Both the position numbers and the translations under genes were made by a program. A stretch of DNA of 64,000 nucleotides, from positions 416,001 through 480,000 of the forward strand of contig CAWGHO010000001.1 in the NCBI GenBank assembly GCA_963822445.1, in the 5' to 3' direction. Positions within the stretch are counted from its first letter, which is position 1, and each line of letters opens with the position of its first letter. Below, piece by piece: positions 61,249-64,000 of this stretch. The stretch is from an uncultured Acidobacteriota bacterium (GTDB lineage Bacteria > Acidobacteriota > Thermoanaerobaculia > Gp7-AA8). The notes beneath the pieces are model-generated. The model was not told the origin of the DNA, made no database searches, and saw nothing but the letters and a program-made list of their open reading frames with translations.

Positions 61249-62940
61249 ATGTCCGTCGCCGAAGTTGCAGCGAGCTCCATCCGCCTGCTGATCGTCGAAG
61301 ACGACCTCGCCACCGCGACGCTCTTACGCGATCTCCTGGAATCGACGGCCTCGCCACCGATCGAGACGCGGCACGCGGCCAGTGCGTCTGCCGCATGCGA
61401 GATTCTCGAGCGCGGCGATGCCGACGTGGTGCTTCTGGACCTCGGCCTCCCCGACGCCCGTGACCTCGAAGCGCTCGAGCAACTGCGGCGCTGCAGGCCG
61501 GACATCCCTCTCGTGATTCTCACCGGCAACGGCGATGAGCGGACGGCGCTCGAAGCCCTGAATCATGGTGCCGAGGATTATCTGGTGAAGGCCACCGTCG
61601 ACCGCGCGGGCCTGGTGCGATCGATCCGCTACGCGATCGAGCGCCACCGCAACGTGCGCGAGCTCGAATCCATGAAACGCCAGCTGGAGGACGCGAACGA
61701 GAGCCTCGAGCGGATGACCCTGCACGATCCGCTGACCGACCTGCAGAACCGCCGCGGCCTGCAGCAGGCGCTTTCGCGCGAGATCGAGCGCGTGCAGCGG
61801 TACGGCGAGGCCGTGGCCGTGCTGCTGATCGACATCGACGACTTCAAGCAGGTCAACGAGAAGCTGGGACACGCGGTCGGCGACGTCGCCCTGCAGGAAC
61901 TTGCGCGGCGCATCCGCGGCTCCGTTCGCGGCGTCGACTGCATCGGCCGCCTCGGCGGCGACGAGTTCATGCTCCTCCTTCCGAACGTCGACGACACGTC
62001 CGAAGTCGTTCGCATCGCCGAGCGCGTTCGCCTCCTGATCGCCACGAGCCTCATTCAGCACACCGGCGGCACGATCTCGCTGACCGCGTCGATCGCCGTG
62101 CTCATGCTCACCACCGACACTCCGTCGGTCGATGAGCTGCTCGCGCGGATGCACGAGCTGCTATCGCGCGGAAAACGTGAAGGGAAGAATCGCGTCGTCT
62201 TCGAGCTGGGCAACTTCGACGACACCGACCGGCGTCAGCGCGCGCAGGCGGACATGTGCACGCACCTGGCGAAAGGCACTCATCTGCTGACCATCAAACA
62301 GCCGATCATCCGGCTGGCCGACGAGAGGCCGATAGCGTACGAGTTCCTGAGCCGCTACTCGAACGGCCACTTCGAAGTGCCGGACACGTTTTTCCGCGTC
62401 TGCGCCGAACGGAACATCCTCACCCTCGTCGACCACTTCTGCCTCAAGCGCGCGGTCACCGCCGCGAAGACGCTGCCGCCGTACCTGCGCTTCCACATCA
62501 ACGTGTTCCCGTCAACGCTGCTGGCCATCCCCACCGAACATCTTCTCGCGTCGTTCCCGGCTGACATTCCCCGCGACACGTTTTGCCTGGAGATCAGCGA
62601 GCAGCAGATCATCGGCGACCCGTCGCATCTGCTCCCGCCGGTCACGGCGGCACGCAATGCGGGGTTGTTGATCGCCATCGACGACGTCGGCTTCGGCAGC
62701 AGTTGCCTGGAGAGCCTGATCGTGCTCGAGCCGGACGTGATCAAGATCGACAAGCGGTGCGTGATCGGCATCAGCTCCGACCCCAGCCTGCGCAAGCAGC
62801 TGAACCGCTACATCGGCCTCACCAGCGTCCTCGGCGCGGAGTTGGTGGCTGAAGGCGTCGAGAACGCGCAGGACCTGGCGGTATTGCGCGATTTCGGGAT
62901 CGAGTACGCGCAGGGCTACTACTGGGGCCAGCCGGCGTAA
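61249..62940 (+). CDS. REC-GGDEF-EAL protein
   Basis: REC LDLGLPD; DPLTDLQNRR, LGGDEF; variant EAL (YEFLSR, DDVGFG, AEGVE). Confidence 0.92.
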   Translation: MSVAEVAASSIRLLIVEDDLATATLLRDLLESTASPPIETRHAASASAACEILERGDADVVLLDLGLPDARDLEALEQLRRCRPDIPLVILTGNGDERTALEALNHGAEDYLVKATVDRAGLVRSIRYAIERHRNVRELESMKRQLEDANESLERMTLHDPLTDLQNRRGLQQALSREIERVQRYGEAVAVLLIDIDDFKQVNEKLGHAVGDVALQELARRIRGSVRGVDCIGRLGGDEFMLLLPNVDDTSEVVRIAERVRLLIATSLIQHTGGTISLTASIAVLMLTTDTPSVDELLARMHELLSRGKREGKNRVVFELGNFDDTDRRQRAQADMCTHLAKGTHLLTIKQPIIRLADERPIAYEFLSRYSNGHFEVPDTFFRVCAERNILTLVDHFCLKRAVTAAKTLPPYLRFHINVFPSTLLAIPTEHLLASFPADIPRDTFCLEISEQQIIGDPSHLLPPVTAARNAGLLIAIDDVGFGSSCLESLIVLEPDVIKIDKRCVIGISSDPSLRKQLNRYIGLTSVLGAELVAEGVENAQDLAVLRDFGIEYAQGYYWGQPA

Positions 62941-63074
62941 TTGCGGGCAGTGGGCAGCGGACAGTGGGCAGGCAGTCACTAATGTCAGGCGCGTTGCGCC
63001 GCCCGGAGCCGTGAGGGCGCGGCCGGGAAGTTCGTGCCGCAAGGCGCAGCAACCGACGCAGCGGCTCGTAGCCG

Positions 63075-64000
63075 CTAAATCCCCGTAACCCGCACGACTT
63101 CCTCGAAGCTCGTGATCCCCTCGGCCAGTTTGCGCAGCGCGCTTTGCCGCAGGGTGCGCATACCGCGCTTGATGGCCATGTCCTTGATCTTCAGGAAGTC
63201 TTCCTTGCGATCGATCATGTCCCGGATGGCGTTGTCGACCGGCAGGATCTCGAAGATGCCCGTGCGGCCGAAGTAACCGGTGTTGCGGCAGCGGATGCAG
63301 CCCGCGCCTTCCTTCACGATGATCCGCTTGCCCTGCGGCGCCTGCAGGTTGAGCATCCCCGCTTCTTCGATCGTCAGCGGCCGGTTGGTCTTGCAGTCGT
63401 TGCAGATCTTCCGCAGAAGGCGCTGGGCCATCGTGCCGATCAGCGACGACGAGATCAGGAACGGCTGGATGTCGAGATCCACGAGACGCGTGATCGAGGT
63501 CGCCGCGTCATTCGTGTGCAGCGTGGAGAAGACCAGGTGCCCCGTGAGCGCGGCCTGAATCGCGTTCTGCGCGGTCTCCGTGTCGCGGATCTCGCCGACC
63601 ATGATGATGTCCGGATCCTGGCGGAGGATCGTGCGCAGCGCGGCGGCAAAGGTGATCCCGAGCTTGGTCTGGACCGCGGTCTGATTGAACTCGTCGGCCA
63701 CCATCTCGATCGGATCTTCGATGGTGGTGATGTTGATCTCCGGCGAGGCCAGCGACTTGAGCGCCGAATACAGCGTGACCGTTTTACCCGATCCGGTCGG
63801 TCCGGTGACCAGGATGATTCCGTGCGGCCGCTTGATCCAGTCGGCGAACGTCTTCAGCTCGTCTTCATAGAACCCGAGGCCGCTGAGGTCGCGGATCATG
63901 ATGTCCGGGTCGAAGATGCGCATGACCACCTTCTCGCCGAATGCCGTCGGAAGCGTGGAAACGCGCAGCTCGATCTCTTTTCCCTCGCGCTCGGTTTTGA
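63075..64000 (-). CDS. GspE/PilB-family ATPase, 3' part
   Basis: ELRVST.P..FGEK, GPTGSGKT, EDPIE, LRQDPD, tetracysteine motif. Confidence 0.92.
   Translation of the reverse strand, partial: KTEREGKEIELRVSTLPTAFGEKVVMRIFDPDIMIRDLSGLGFYEDELKTFADWIKRPHGIILVTGPTGSGKTVTLYSALKSLASPEINITTIEDPIEMVADEFNQTAVQTKLGITFAAALRTILRQDPDIIMVGEIRDTETAQNAIQAALTGHLVFSTLHTNDAATSITRLVDLDIQPFLISSSLIGTMAQRLLRKICNDCKTNRPLTIEEAGMLNLQAPQGKRIIVKEGAGCIRCRNTGYFGRTGIFEILPVDNAIRDMIDRKEDFLKIKDMAIKRGMRTLRQSALRKLAEGITSFEEVVRVTGI

Overview
GC-rich bacterial chromosome segment. The gene families and repeat types suggest Acidobacteriota, probably Thermoanaerobaculia-like (inference). It mixes housekeeping genes (ftsK, alaS, recX, mutM, pilT, ahpCD, treZ, an isobutyryl-CoA-mutase-type large subunit, csp), many signalling genes (GGDEF/EAL, REC, hybrid kinase, ECF/anti-sigma, GAF-PilB), secreted and surface proteins, and many short intergenic palindromic repeats. 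Single-base frameshifts are frequent, even in the essential alaS, which points to uncorrected long-read indel errors. I saw no rRNA, tRNA, CRISPR array, integrase or transposase. Best leads: (1) an astacin metalloprotease with a C-terminal array of T[KR]KE-x3-D repeats, encoded directly upstream of a graspetide-type ATP-grasp ligase, a candidate protease-fused RiPP precursor (52007-54217); (2) an ABC substrate-binding gene with an in-frame UGA in a U-x3-C motif, a likely selenoprotein missed by the ORF track (1-211); (3) an inserted two-gene module, metallophosphoesterase fused to a degenerate Nudix plus a TMK-like kinase (25433-27536); (4) the same CRP-box plus sigma54-motif layout in front of both diguanylate cyclase genes. 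Domain names are recognised from motifs by eye; no searches were run.
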